A stretch of 53,022 nt of DNA, counting the filler, from Stramenopiles sp. TOSAG23-6 (taxonomy: Eukaryota): NCBI GenBank assembly GCA_900128565.1. It is 3 parts of 3 records of this genome, joined end to end, with 100 filler letters (N's around TTAATTAATTAA, not from the genome) between each part and the next. Parts side by side here need not be neighbours in the genome. Positions count along the whole stretch, not along the records: positions 1 to 17,734 come from LT636076.1; 2 more parts are not named here. One strand, given 5' to 3'. How positions within the stretch are numbered: position 1 is the stretch's first letter; every line of letters begins with the position of its first letter. The notes below the pieces were generated by a model. That model was not told the DNA's origin, ran no database searches, and saw only the letters and a program-made list of their open reading frames with translations. Below, piece after piece: positions 1 through 11,146 of the stretch. A program made the translations under genes and the position numbers.

Positions 1-717
1 GCACAGTCAGCTGGAGGAGAAGCTGTGTCACTTAGTAATGAACTTGAAGCTACTAGAGCTGCTGCTGCTGCAGCTAAAGTAACTTTTGAAAATGAAAACA
101 CAATTTTGCAACGTAAGGTCGATGAATTAAGAGAAGATATTGAAAAAATTAAACGTGAAAATCATCAATCTCAGAAGGATACTACAAAAATGCATGAAGA
201 TACAATCGCTGCAGAGTTGAAGGCAGCCAAAGCTACATTTGAAGAAAATAGAAAAGAAATTGAACTATCCTCCGCTGAAGCAGAAGCAACTCTCAAAAAC
301 ACGATTACAAAGTTAAAAGATGAATTGTCAAAAGCCGACACAGAGAAAGAAAAAAGGTTTCAAGAAAAAGAAGTATTCGCAAAGGAGAATGAACTCTTAT
401 CTCGATCAGTTCAAAAGTTAAAATCAGAATGTAACGAAGTAAAATTAGCACTTACCACCGCTCAAGAAAGAGAAAAAACTGCAGCACAGTCAGCTGGAGG
501 AGAAGCTGTGTCACTTAGTAATGAACTTGAAGCTACTAGAGCTGCTGCTGCTGCAGCTAAAGTAACTTTTGAAAATGAAAACACAATTTTGCAACGTAAG
601 GTCGATGAATTAAGAGAAGATATTGAAAAAATTAAACGTGAAAATCATCAATCTCAGAAGGATACTACAAAAATGCATGAAGATACAATCGCTGCAGAGT
701 TGAAGGCAGCCAAAGCT
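1..717 (+). repeat. Intragenic direct repeat, period 483 nt (1..234 = 484..717)
   Basis: GCACAGTCAGCTGGAGGAGAAGCTGTG..GCAGCCAAAGCT occurs twice, apparently identical; the peptide SLSNELEATRAAAAAAK..AAKA is duplicated. Confidence 0.9.
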
Positions 718-3700
718 TCATTTGAAGAAAAACGTCGTACAATGAACACCCAACATTTAGAATCGTTGACAAAAGCAAAAACTTCGTCCTCAAAAGCTTT
801 GGATGATCTTCGTGAAAAAAATGTGTTGAAACTCCAAGAACTTCAAAGTAAGCACAATCAGGAATTAGAAAGTATACAAAAGTCACATTTATCTTCTGTC
901 AGTAAATTGAAGGAAATTCATGTTTGTTTTCATTGTTCATTTCAATTTCAAATTTATTAATTTTTTTTCTACCAAACGTAAAACCTAACAAATTGTAAAT
1001 GTAAGACACATTTTTTCACTAATACATGCTACTGAAATAAAAGCAAAAGATAAATCGTATACTGCAAGTAAGCAACATGAAACAGATTTGAAATTGGAAC
1101 TCGCGAGAGCAAAAGAAGCTCATGCTACACTACAATCATCTATCGAAGAAAAACATACAAAAGAAATGGATTTGTGTAAGTTGAATCACATTGCAGCATT
1201 GTCAGCGAAGGAGAAAGAATATTCTTTGGCATTAGCCGGTAAGAGTGATGCTATGAATGCTTCCCATTCTACACAAGTAGCAATTGCGGAAGCTCAACGA
1301 GTTTCTGCAGAAGAAGCTCAACGATTATCCGAGGAAGAGCTCACAACTTTAAAAAAGGATTATATTGTGGTCGAAGAACGTGCAATGACAGCAGAGGCAG
1401 AATTGGGCGTCGTTCGTGGCGAACGGGATACTTTTAAATGTCGTTATGAACAAGAAGCTGCGAAGCAACAGTCCCGTTTAAATGAGGCTGCTCAAACACA
1501 AGCAGCTGGAATTAAATCGGAGCGACATCTGAAGGAAGCTTTGGCAAAAGTTAATGAATTAGAAGATATGGTAGAATTGTTAACTTTAGAGAAAGAAGAG
1601 TGCATTGTTGAAAAAGAAGTCGCCGAAGAAGAAACAGCTGATAAACAAACTCGAGTTGAAGAACTAGAAGCTGAGCTGCTCGCTACAAAAACAAATCAAC
1701 AACAAGTAGCAATGTCCGTTGGATCTGGGAATGATCCTGATATACAGGCAATCACCACACAAAATCTTCAACTTCGAGAAGCATTGGGAAAGTTACACAC
1801 TCAGACGACTGCAAAAAAAGCAAGTGATGGTCGTATAATTCGTGATTTGGAGCGGAAAGTTGAATTATTGGAAAAGTTGAAATCTGAAGTTGAAAATTTA
1901 CGAAAAACGAAAAAACAAATGGAAACTGAAATGTCTGAGTTACGCGATATGGTTGACGAATCTGCTGCGTATGAAGAGTTAGTAGAAGATCTTTCAGAAA
2001 AGAATCTTGAGCTTGGTGACCGTGTCGCTGAGCTTGAACAAGCTGTGAAAGAAATGGAAGAAATGGCCGAAGTCGCTGATGAAACTGATGAAATGCAAAG
2101 AGAATTAGAAATTGAATTACGTGCAGAAATTTCAAAAAAAACGGAGCAGTTGCGTTTGCTTGTAGATAATTCTGTGCAAATGAAAAAAGAAATTGAAGAT
2201 AAATGTGATACTCTCGAACAATTTCGGTCTGCTCTTACAGCACTACAACTAGATCGCACTAATCTTCATGAACAAATGACAACTGTTAAAGATGGAGAAG
2301 CGCAACGTGAAGAGAAGATACAGGAAGTTCTGAGTGATCAGATGAGTTTATTATCTATCAAACATCGAGAAAGGCAAACGTATATTCAACTTGCAATGTG
2401 CCAAGTGGAGCTTTTAGAGGCAGAAGGACGCGCATCTCAACTTCAAGCATATCTTCCTCGTGAGTTGATTCAACGAGATATTCCATCATTGGAAATTTTA
2501 TTGTTGTTGGAGCGTTTATCTGGTAAAGTTGAGGTTTTTCTTTCAAAAGTGAATGAATATTCTGTGTCTCCAAAGCGAATTGAAATTGAGGTTTCATCTG
2601 GAAGTATTGGTATCGAAGAGCTTCAAAAGCTCCGAGATGGTTGCACCATTGGTGTGCTTCTCTTGAAATTGCAGCGAGGTACGACGATGATGAATAATCT
2701 TTTGGTAAACCCAGAAATGAGTATTGAATTATATGCGTCTCTATCTTCCGAATGTCGTCGTCCATTTACAGATGCGGAGGTTGTTGTAGATCAATTGCTT
2801 GCAGCTTTAATGGAGGGAATTCCTTCATTACATTTAAAAACTGAGTTAGATCGTGTGATACTTGGTATAGAAAAATTTATCTCAGATCATCAAAAGACAT
2901 TTGATAGCGTCAAAAGAAAACAAAATGTTAAGACTCCATCCCTTTTGAAATCTTCTTCTCTTCATGTGTTGTCTGCGACTGCTGGTTGTTATATTGGGTT
3001 AATTCGATTAAACAAGAATGATGAAATGTTACCACCAGGAGATGATGTAATGCCATTTATAGTACAAGCAAAAGACTTATTGCAATCTTTGAAAACTGAA
3101 TATATTAGTGTTTGGATGGAAGCGGTTCGCTTATCTCAATTGATAAAAGTATCGAATCGTTCTGATCAACTCTTTGTGTCACTATTATCGCTCGTATTAG
3201 AAACTCATCGCTTCGCTTCTTTGATGAATGATGCAGTGAATAATATTGTTAGTGGTACGGACAGTGATACTGGCTCTCCAAGTTGGAACATATTATTGGA
3301 AGACATTGGGAAATTAAATGACTCTGAAGTCACTGAAGAGGAATGTACCGATTTGAATGAAGACAATGAAAATAATGTTAGTGCACGTAAATATTGTGCC
3401 GTTGTACAGAATCGATTAAAACTACTCGCCAGTGAAATATCAAAGTTACAAGGTGATGCTATAGAGAGTGAAACTCAAACACAAAAGAAAACACAAAATT
3501 TGGCTCCTTGGAAACAACGCGCTGTTCGTACGAGGAGTAATATCGCCCAGGTTAGCACAGTCCAGTCGCAACTAGAAGTAGCAAACAAAACGATACAGAA
3601 TCATTTGAAGGATCTTCGTCTTGCGGAAAAATCATCACGGAAAAAAAATGTTCAATTGTCACGACTTGAAGGCCAATTAGCTGAGGCTGCAAATCTTACT

Positions 3701-4584
3701 ACCGAAGTAGCTGATTTGAAAGTAAAATTGGATGAGTCAATAAAAACATCCGCAGCCGAAGCAACTCAGTCAGAAGTTGCAATGCAAGCTCTTAGTGAAG
3801 AACTGGAAAATTTACAAATAAATAATCGCTCTCTCCGTGGAAAAATTAAAGCTGCAGGAATTACTGATGATACAGAAATATCAAAGGATGCACTTGGAGT
3901 TCATCAAAATCAAAACGGTAATGTATCAATGAGTGAGGCTCAACACCATGCGATGTTTGCAGCAATTCAACATGTTGGCAAGCAGTCCGCTAGATGGCGC
4001 CAACTTGCAACAAAATCAATGTTGTCTAAGTTACCACCTCTTCCTGCGCCTGTTAGAGCTGTACAAAGTCCATCTACTGTAGTACATCAGGCTTTGTCTG
4101 AAGTTCAGTCTTTACGAAAAGATTTGATTAAAAAACGAGCTGGTGCTAAGGTAATAGNTTTATNAAAAAGANATNCNAAAAACNATCTAGCTTACGTCAA
4201 CAAGTGAGTAGAAGAGATAACCAAGATAAGAAATTTCATAGAAATATGTCATATTTAAATATGGAATCTAAAATATCTTCAAAAGAATGGTGGATTCAAG
4301 AACAAACTCAGGCTGCGCAACTACTAATTCGATTTGATAAGGCAAAAACCAATGTCTGTAAAATTATTCGGAAAGTAAAGAATAAAAATGGATACACAGA
4401 TACGTTCCCTGCAGCTAGTTTTCCTGTTGATACAATGATAAATTCTGAAGTTTTGAGGAAAAATAAAAATTGTCCAATTATTGGAAGAGTTCGAATACCA
4501 TCATCATCTGCTAATTCACACGTGCTTCCGCTGACTGTGGATAGGACTGTTTTAAATCATCTCCATTTACTGTTGACAAAATAA
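1..4584 (+). CDS. DCTN1: Dynactin p150Glued, 5' partial; join(<1..921,1028..~4184, frameshift at ambiguous bases, ..4584)
   Basis: Coiled coil with p150 motifs LTLEKE..VAEE, QNLQLREALGKL, ELRDMVDESAAYEELVEDLSEKNLELGDRVAELE. ORFs 25..960 and 1088..4207 join in frame on removing 922..1027. The C-terminal ORF 4204..4584 is offset across Ns at 4158-4184. Confidence 0.85.
922..1027 (+). mobile_element. Non-canonical repeated intron, degenerate copy (GT..AT, 106 nt, phase 0)
   Basis: CAT|GTTTGT..ACCTAAC..AATACAT|GCT; removal gives KEIH-ATEIK in frame. Confidence 0.75.
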
Positions 4585-4701
4585 AAAATAACATCACATG
4601 GAGTTTTCTAGTATTGTTTTTGGAATACATTTTATATTACACCGCGTAACAAAACATATAATAAAAATCTTTCAAATTATAGTTTATACCAAAGAAAATA
4701 T

Positions 4702-5607
4702 CTAGTCATTAAAGAAAACAACCATAACTGTAATATTGTCACTACTGCCTGCCTCTAGAGCAGCATCCACTAAAGCCTTTGCAACTAGTGACTCCTGTGG
4801 TTTATTCAGAAAAGTATTTTTCACTATGTCAATCGCCTTCTGGTCACTTATCACATCCCACAGGCCATCACACGCCAATATCATAAATTGAGAATTTTTA
4901 ATACACATATCCTTCATGTATGGGCGAGCACTTACGAACTGTTTGAGCCCATGATCACCAAAACTACGCGAAACTGCAAGCATCCCCAACACTCGGTTTC
5001 GCAATACAAAGCCTCCAGCTTCAGTGATTCTTTTATTCTCACTTTCATCTGATGCCTTGTGATCATATGTCATGCGAATAGCTGTACCATCTTCAGCAGC
5101 AACTACAATCCGAGCATCACCAACGTTTGCACAATATATGTGGGGATTTCCTTCTTCGTTTTGTGTTAAAAAACAAGTGATTGCTGTACAGCCAGAGGAC
5201 ATTAGACCTGCCTTACGGGACATTATATCTGTTACAAGATACGCACAAGTTTGGCGATCTTCCATACTTCGGCTTTCGTCAAAAGCAAGCTCTTTCTGAA
5301 AATTATCTGCCAAATACTTTGCTACAAATTCTACTACACCACGACCACCGTGTCCATCATACACACCAAAAAACCCATCTGTAGCAACTCCACCATATTC
5401 ATCTTCAACTACATGTGCATCTTCCATAGTAGTACGACATTTTGCATTCATTGTATCTGCTATATACGTAGCTCGAACACATTTCCATGATGCTTTTGAT
5501 GGATGGTCTCTGATCATGTTAGGCGAGAGAGCAATAATGCAGTTCTCGAATCTCGAGTGTTGGTTATACTTATCCAATGAGGAAGACCCAAAGGTTTGAA
5601 GTGCCAT
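4702..5607 (-). CDS. Protein phosphatase 2C (PPM family)
   Basis: MEDAH, GVYDGHGG, ANVGDAR, DHK, LAVSRSFGD, LACDGLWDV, GSSDNITV motifs. Confidence 0.95.
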   Translation of the reverse strand: MALQTFGSSSLDKYNQHSRFENCIIALSPNMIRDHPSKASWKCVRATYIADTMNAKCRTTMEDAHVVEDEYGGVATDGFFGVYDGHGGRGVVEFVAKYLADNFQKELAFDESRSMEDRQTCAYLVTDIMSRKAGLMSSGCTAITCFLTQNEEGNPHIYCANVGDARIVVAAEDGTAIRMTYDHKASDESENKRITEAGGFVLRNRVLGMLAVSRSFGDHGLKQFVSARPYMKDMCIKNSQFMILACDGLWDVISDQKAIDIVKNTFLNKPQESLVAKALVDAALEAGSSDNITVMVVFFND

Positions 5608-5773
5608 CAATCAGATCAGCGCGGTGACCCGGGTACAAAAATTACTGAAGTCAAGCCTGACCAAGGAACTCACAATAATTATTGTGTTTCTTTGCTTCTT
5701 CTTCTTCGTTCTTCTTCACTCATTCTCTTCGTTCGGACCTAAGCAGAATTTCACAAAGCACAATTCTTTTACA

Positions 5774-6793
5774 ATGAATTATGAAATGAATTATGAGTCT
5801 AATGCGGCAACGAAGAAGAAAAGGCATACAAGAATGGCATTGTTATTCGCCGTATGCCTATATGGGGCTGCTGCAATATTATTGGGCATTGCAAGAAGTA
5901 ACGGGGTTGACCAAGATGAGTTATTCAATAAAACCAAGGCCGACTTTGTCCATAAAAAAAATAAGGGTATGGACATAGCCAATCACGACTACAACCGTTG
6001 GAAGGAGAATGATAAGTTCAACCATGTAGTGAAGGATTATCAATCTGTAATTCAATATGTTGGGTTTGGTGTCGGACTTCTTCTTACGCTGGTCGGTCGT
6101 CGCTTTTCCCCAGTTGCTCTCTTCACAGGTGGATTCGTGTTGTCTTCATTCGTATTGTACCATACACTTCAATCCCAGATGATCAATGGATCTTGGGCTC
6201 ATAGTGCACCATTCGACAAGTTGTCAGCAAATGGACGAGCACATCTTTCGATCATTTTCTCGGGTGCTATCGGTCTTTTGACAGGAATTCTCTGTGTCAT
6301 TTACAGAAAAGTTGGTATGGCAAGTGTTGCTGGTTCAGTTGCCTTCTTCACTGGTGTTTTCGCTTTTCAGTTTATTCTTACGCCTCATATTCCTGCAAAT
6401 TATGATTGGGTAAATTACTTCGAGTATGTGATTGCATTCTTTCTTGCTCTTTCTGTGTTTGTATTGACCTACAAGTTGAACAGATTTTTACTGATTTTAT
6501 TGACAGTAACTTTCGGGTCTTTTATGGTTTTATTTTATGGGATGAGTATTTTTTCTACCAAGCTTAGTGATGAACTTAACACTTACGCTTGGAGAACACG
6601 AAAGTTTCACCACTTTGACAAAAATTGTAAAAATTTTCCAGTCTTTCTCGGAACGCTTCTTGGTACCTTTTGTATTGGTTTGATGAGTCAGTTTGTCATT
6701 GATCCATATATTTCGGAGCAATGCGGTACGCCTAAAAGGAATTCTAACAAGGATGTGCTTATTGAATCAGATAATCAAATTAACTTTGTGTAA
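5774..6793 (+). CDS. Multi-pass membrane protein, TMEM198/DUF4203-like
   Basis: About 8 hydrophobic segments; GLLLTLVGRR..FTGGF and ILLTVTFGSF patterns; first ATG at 5774. Confidence 0.6.
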   Translation: MNYEMNYESNAATKKKRHTRMALLFAVCLYGAAAILLGIARSNGVDQDELFNKTKADFVHKKNKGMDIANHDYNRWKENDKFNHVVKDYQSVIQYVGFGVGLLLTLVGRRFSPVALFTGGFVLSSFVLYHTLQSQMINGSWAHSAPFDKLSANGRAHLSIIFSGAIGLLTGILCVIYRKVGMASVAGSVAFFTGVFAFQFILTPHIPANYDWVNYFEYVIAFFLALSVFVLTYKLNRFLLILLTVTFGSFMVLFYGMSIFSTKLSDELNTYAWRTRKFHHFDKNCKNFPVFLGTLLGTFCIGLMSQFVIDPYISEQCGTPKRNSNKDVLIESDNQINFV

Positions 6794-6852
6794 AAGGAAT
6801 TCTAACAAGAGTGTGCTTATTGAATCAGATGNTCAAATTAACTTTGTGTAAA
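6734..6852 (+). repeat. ~58 nt tandem duplication of the CDS end into the 3' UTR
   Basis: AAAAGGAATTCTAACAAG..TGCTTATTGAATCAGAT..TCAAATTAACTTTGTGTAAA occurs twice with few mismatches. Confidence 0.85.
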
Positions 6853-7038
6853 TGTTTTCATAGTGGTTACTAGTGACATGATTTGAAATGTGTATTTATA
6901 TATGCACAAATTTTACCTAACTAAAAATAAAAATGTGTTGTACAAAAATCTTTACAATGAAGAAATAAAATAATTCGTCTAAGAATGTTTTAAGATTTTA
7001 TTCATTTTTGTTGATTTTCTAACTATACCATCACTATA

Positions 7039-9032
7039 TTAAAAGCAAGAAAGAAAAGGAGATTTATTTTCACCTTCCTCTTTTTCAAATATTGCACGAG
7101 CATCCTGTAACTCAGAGAATGGAATGTCTCGTCCTTTGTCTTCTGCATTTCCTTCGCCTTCGCCTTTTCGCATATTTTTAATTCGCACACACTGTTTCGA
7201 CCATTCATCCGGTGCTACATATGCACAATATGTTGCACCAGCTCTATCAGCATATTTGAATGCTTTTTTCGCATCTTTCTTTGGTTGTAACATCAAATCA
7301 ACAGTTGCTCCACCAGACCGTAATTTTGCCGCAATAGAAACAGCTGCTCCAATCATCTCTTTTGACCGAGGGGCAACACAGAAATCGACAGTTCTGGGTA
7401 AACTCGGCATAAGATTATGATCTTTTAGTAACTCCATTATGACACAGTCACCAAACCCAAATCCAACACATGGAACCACTTTTTTAGATCCATAAAGAGT
7501 TAATAACTTATCATATCGGCCACCACCACAAATAGCTCTGAGCTCACCGCGTCTATCGAAACATTCCCAAACACATCCAGTATAGTATGCTAAGCCTCGA
7601 ACAACTGAAGCATCAAAGACTAGATAATCATGAAAACCGTACGATTCTGTATTATAAAAAAAAATAAAATGAAATTGTAAAAAAAATGAGTACGCCGTTT
7701 GAAATAATAATAATAATAAATACACAATGAACAATGATTGTAAATAGATGGAGCGCAATAAAATTAGACCCACATCATACCATTTAAATAGTCTGTGGGT
7801 CCACTCAACATGCGCTAACTTAATGTATGCATCACTAGTAAGTCGATTGTGTATATGTATTTCACTATTCACTGGATGCACTGAAGCCTCACGGTGAACA
7901 ATGTCATACGACACGTCAACTGTCGCAAATGTAATGCAATTGTTGATTTGTTTCAACACCAATATAGAAAAACAAAAAACTAATTACTATGAAATAATTA
8001 GTAGTATAACGTACCTGCAAGAGTAAACAAAAGCTTCAATTCTGAAAGAGCTTCATCGTCAATCATTTCTCCAACTGTTGACTCTAGTTCTTCGATCGAT
8101 TGCGCCTCGAGAGCGCAGAGCATGTCATCTGAAGTTTCAGAGGGAACACCTACTTCGATTAACATTTCCTTTACAGCATCTGCACCAATTTTATCTAACT
8201 TGTCAATGATTACACAGACAGGTGCAAACATTTCATCACTAATTCCATAACTCTTCATTAGGCTTCCAAGAAATTTTCTAGAGTTAATTTTGATGCCGAC
8301 GATATCTGGACCAACCCCAAGACCGCGAAAAAAGGCACATATTGAAGCAAGTAGTTCTAATTCTGCCATGATACTGTCATCCCCTACAATATCCATGTTC
8401 CACTGATAATGTTCGCGCTTGCGTCCCCGTTGACAGCACTCAAATCTCCAACACTGTGCGACGCAAAACCACTTAAAGGGCAAAAGATCCTTAATTTCCC
8501 CAGTGGCCGTCTCTTGACGAGCCATAACCATACGTGCTAAAGAAGGCGTCATTTCAGGACGTAAAGTAACAGCTTTCCCATCTTTATCTGTAAAAGAGTA
8601 CATCTGTTCTGTAATTTCTTCTCCTGCTTTGCGTTTGTATAGCTCCTGGTGTTCAAGCACTGGGGCGTCGTATTGTGAAAAACCAAATGCGCGTCCAACT
8701 TTAGCAAAGTGCTCAAAAAGCCAATTGCGAACACGCATATCTTGAGGAAAAAAGTCACGCGTACCACTTGGAGGATCTAAATAATATGGTTTTACTTCAG
8801 TCATTACAGCTGCAACAATTCCTTTTTCAATATTTTTGTTCGAGAGCTTTTTTTTTGTGACACCGAGGCGCGTGCGAAGTGAATCAAAGAAGATAGTTTT
8901 AGCCTCTTTTTGGGCAGGTAACACTTTCATCTGTTCAGGTGTAGGTTTGCCTTTGCCAGCGTAGTCACACATGGCGACAATTTCGGACCATTTGCGACGC
9001 TCATCAGCCGTTACGACTAATTCTGTAGTCAT
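7039..9032 (-). CDS. HARS1: Histidyl-tRNA synthetase; join(9032..8015,7646..7039)
   Basis: PPSGTRDF, LRPEMTPSLAR, QRGRKREHYQWNMDI, VRGLAYYTG, GGGRYD, GFGFGD and an anticodon-binding domain; one canonical intron. Confidence 0.95.
7647..8014 (-). other. Canonical GT-AG intron (368 nt) in HisRS
   Basis: GCAG|GTACGT..AATACAG|AATCG restores LFTLAESYGFHDYL. Confidence 0.85.
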
Positions 9033-9175
9033 TCTTACACTAATGTATTGACCTTTCAATGTTGTTCGGGCTAACACAGCGAGAATCTTCCGAGAATCTG
9101 ATAATAGTAGCTAATGTGAACAGAATAATGCACGCGTGGTGAAAAAATGAGCTGAACCACCAATTTCATTTCAAA

Positions 9176-9188
9176 AACCCTAACCCTA
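9176..9188. promoter_or_regulatory. Telomere-like (AACCCT)2 motif in the divergent HisRS/kinase promoter
   Basis: AACCCTAACCCTA; TGACGTCA palindrome nearby at 9212. Confidence 0.45.
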
Positions 9189-9411
9189 GCGCGAGTAAGA
9201 TCAATATATTGTGACGTCATTTTACAATTAATTTATAGTCATACATGAATCCATCACAACGACGTTCTCGACGCGAGAGAGCAGCTGAATGTATGCGTGA
9301 GTCTAAAGTTATAGCTGTCTCCTCCTACATTTTCGGATTTCGATTGGACACGATGATTGAAAGTGTCTAAGGTATTATTTTAGACGAATAGTGGCGTCTT
9401 TGACGTTAAAT

Positions 9412-11090
9412 ATGAATACGGGGCCTCCGCCCCAGCAGCCGAAAGTGCTACCAGCAGATATAGTTGTAGTCAAGGTCGAAGCTCCTCATGGTGATAAGTA
9501 CTGCTTAAGTTCGGCTTCTGGTCGAATTTATTGGCCTTATAAGACATTAAAAGATTGCATTTATGGTAAAGTCAAAGCAGCAGTTGAATTAGTTCAAAGT
9601 CCCGATGAACCCGGTGTTTTTAATATTACCAAAACGTATGTTGCTATTAAACTTATTCATAAAAAGGGGGCGAATATAGGCCTTCCCATTTCAACAAAAA
9701 TGTTTACGTCCCACGCTGAGAATCCTGTCACAGAGACGGCATATCAACAATATCTATCAACCCCTGGTTATCCATACGTGGCAAAAGTTGTTGAAGCATG
9801 TGAAAATGCTGAGGCAATGTTTGTCGTAATTGAGTACTGCAATCAGGGCGAATTGTTTGATGTGGTACAAAGTCGAGGACACCTCGACGAGAAGCTTTGT
9901 AAACGCTTGTTTATGCAAATTGTGCTTGGTGTTCATTATATTCATAGTAAAGGAATTGTACACCGTGATTTGTCTCTTGAAAATGTCATGGTACACAACG
10001 GAGATGCAAGAATTATTGATTTTGGGATGGCTACTCCACTTCCAGCTGATGGTCTTTTAGAAGGTTTCAGAGGTAAAGTATATTATATAGCGCCAGAGGT
10101 ATTTTACCATAGATATTTAGGAAAATACAAGGGTCCACCGATAGATGTATGGGCCCTCGGCCCCATGCTTCATATTATGCTCGTTGGTGCTCCACCTTGG
10201 GAAAAGGCTTGGGTACAAGATCAGAGATTTATCCGAGCTATCAATAATAAGCTACACGTCACACTGGAAGAATGGGGTGTGGAATTGTCTGAAGACTGTA
10301 TTAACTTAATGCAAGCTATCATGCAAGCTAAATTTACCCTTAAAATTAATCAAGGTAAAGAGGAACGTGTATATGTATGTTTTATTTTTTTTCAAATTCG
10401 AATTTTTTTTTTAGTAAATTTTGTACCTAACGATTTTAATTTTTGAAATATTTTTCCAAAATACATGGTTTAACTAATAGAAGGCTTTCTTTAGAAAGTA
10501 TTTTAATGCATCCATGGTTAGTACCCGTCAGAGATCTAATACCCACACATTTGCGCTGCGTACTAGAAGCCCCTCGCATATCCTCTGATAATGACAGTAC
10601 TATTGCATGTAAACCGAATATTTCTCAAAATGTTCAAAATATAAATGATGGTATGAGTAAAAATGTCGCCGCTGGTTCAGATGAAACTGACAGTGGTCCA
10701 ATCTTGCCGTTATTTAAATCACATTCTGCAGTTTTGCATGCAGTAAATACATTTGAAACTATTGAAGATCTGATCTCGCTAATCAAGCGTCTTCCCCCAC
10801 CAGTTAACCCCAGTTTCCGAAAGATGTTAATAAAATTATTGGCTAATCATGATATGAGTGTTGTGACAACAAGAGGGAGAGTTCGACAGCTTTTGATTGT
10901 CATTGTTGGTTGTTTGGCAGACATACAAATATATAAAGGTTGGCTAGAGCAGCGAAAAGTAGAAGGTGCTCTTAGTCAGAATCAAAATACTGGCGAAGAT
11001 CTTTTTACTGGTGTTGACGAATCAGATAGAGTATTAATGCTTCAACGGTGGATTTCGTGGCTTACTCGCCGGCAAAACATTTCCACTTGA
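9412..11090 (+). CDS. CAMK-like Ser/Thr kinase; join(9412..10374,10467..11090)
   Basis: VAIK, HRDLSLEN, DFG, YIAPE, DVWALG; subdomain XI RRLSLESILMHPW is recovered after removing 10375..10466. Confidence 0.9.
10375..10466 (+). mobile_element. Non-canonical repeated intron (GT..AT, 92 nt, phase 0)
   Basis: TAT|GTATGT..TTGTACCTAAC..AAAATACAT|GGT; restores the kinase C-lobe frame. Confidence 0.85.
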
Positions 11091-11146
11091 TAAATTAGTA
11101 ATTTGTACTATTTTTATAATTTTTTTTATTTATAATATAACTACCT

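Noticed and set aside
4141-4207. Programmed frameshift or pseudogene in dynactin
   Set aside because: The shift coincides with a cluster of N bases, so low-quality sequence is the simpler explanation.
7647-7962. N-terminal part of ORF 7039..7962 as coding
   Set aside because: It is read-through into the HisRS intron; HisRS similarity resumes only at 7646.
10373-10464. Repeated introns as U12-type AT-AC introns
   Set aside because: No ATATCCTT donor or TCCTTAAC branch, the branch-to-end distance is long, and several copies lack AC.
10354-10495. Canonical GT-AG rescue of the kinase intron using CAAG|GTAAAG and a downstream TTAG
   Set aside because: In frame, but it deletes the conserved subdomain XI arginine, and no such rescue applies generally to the other copies.
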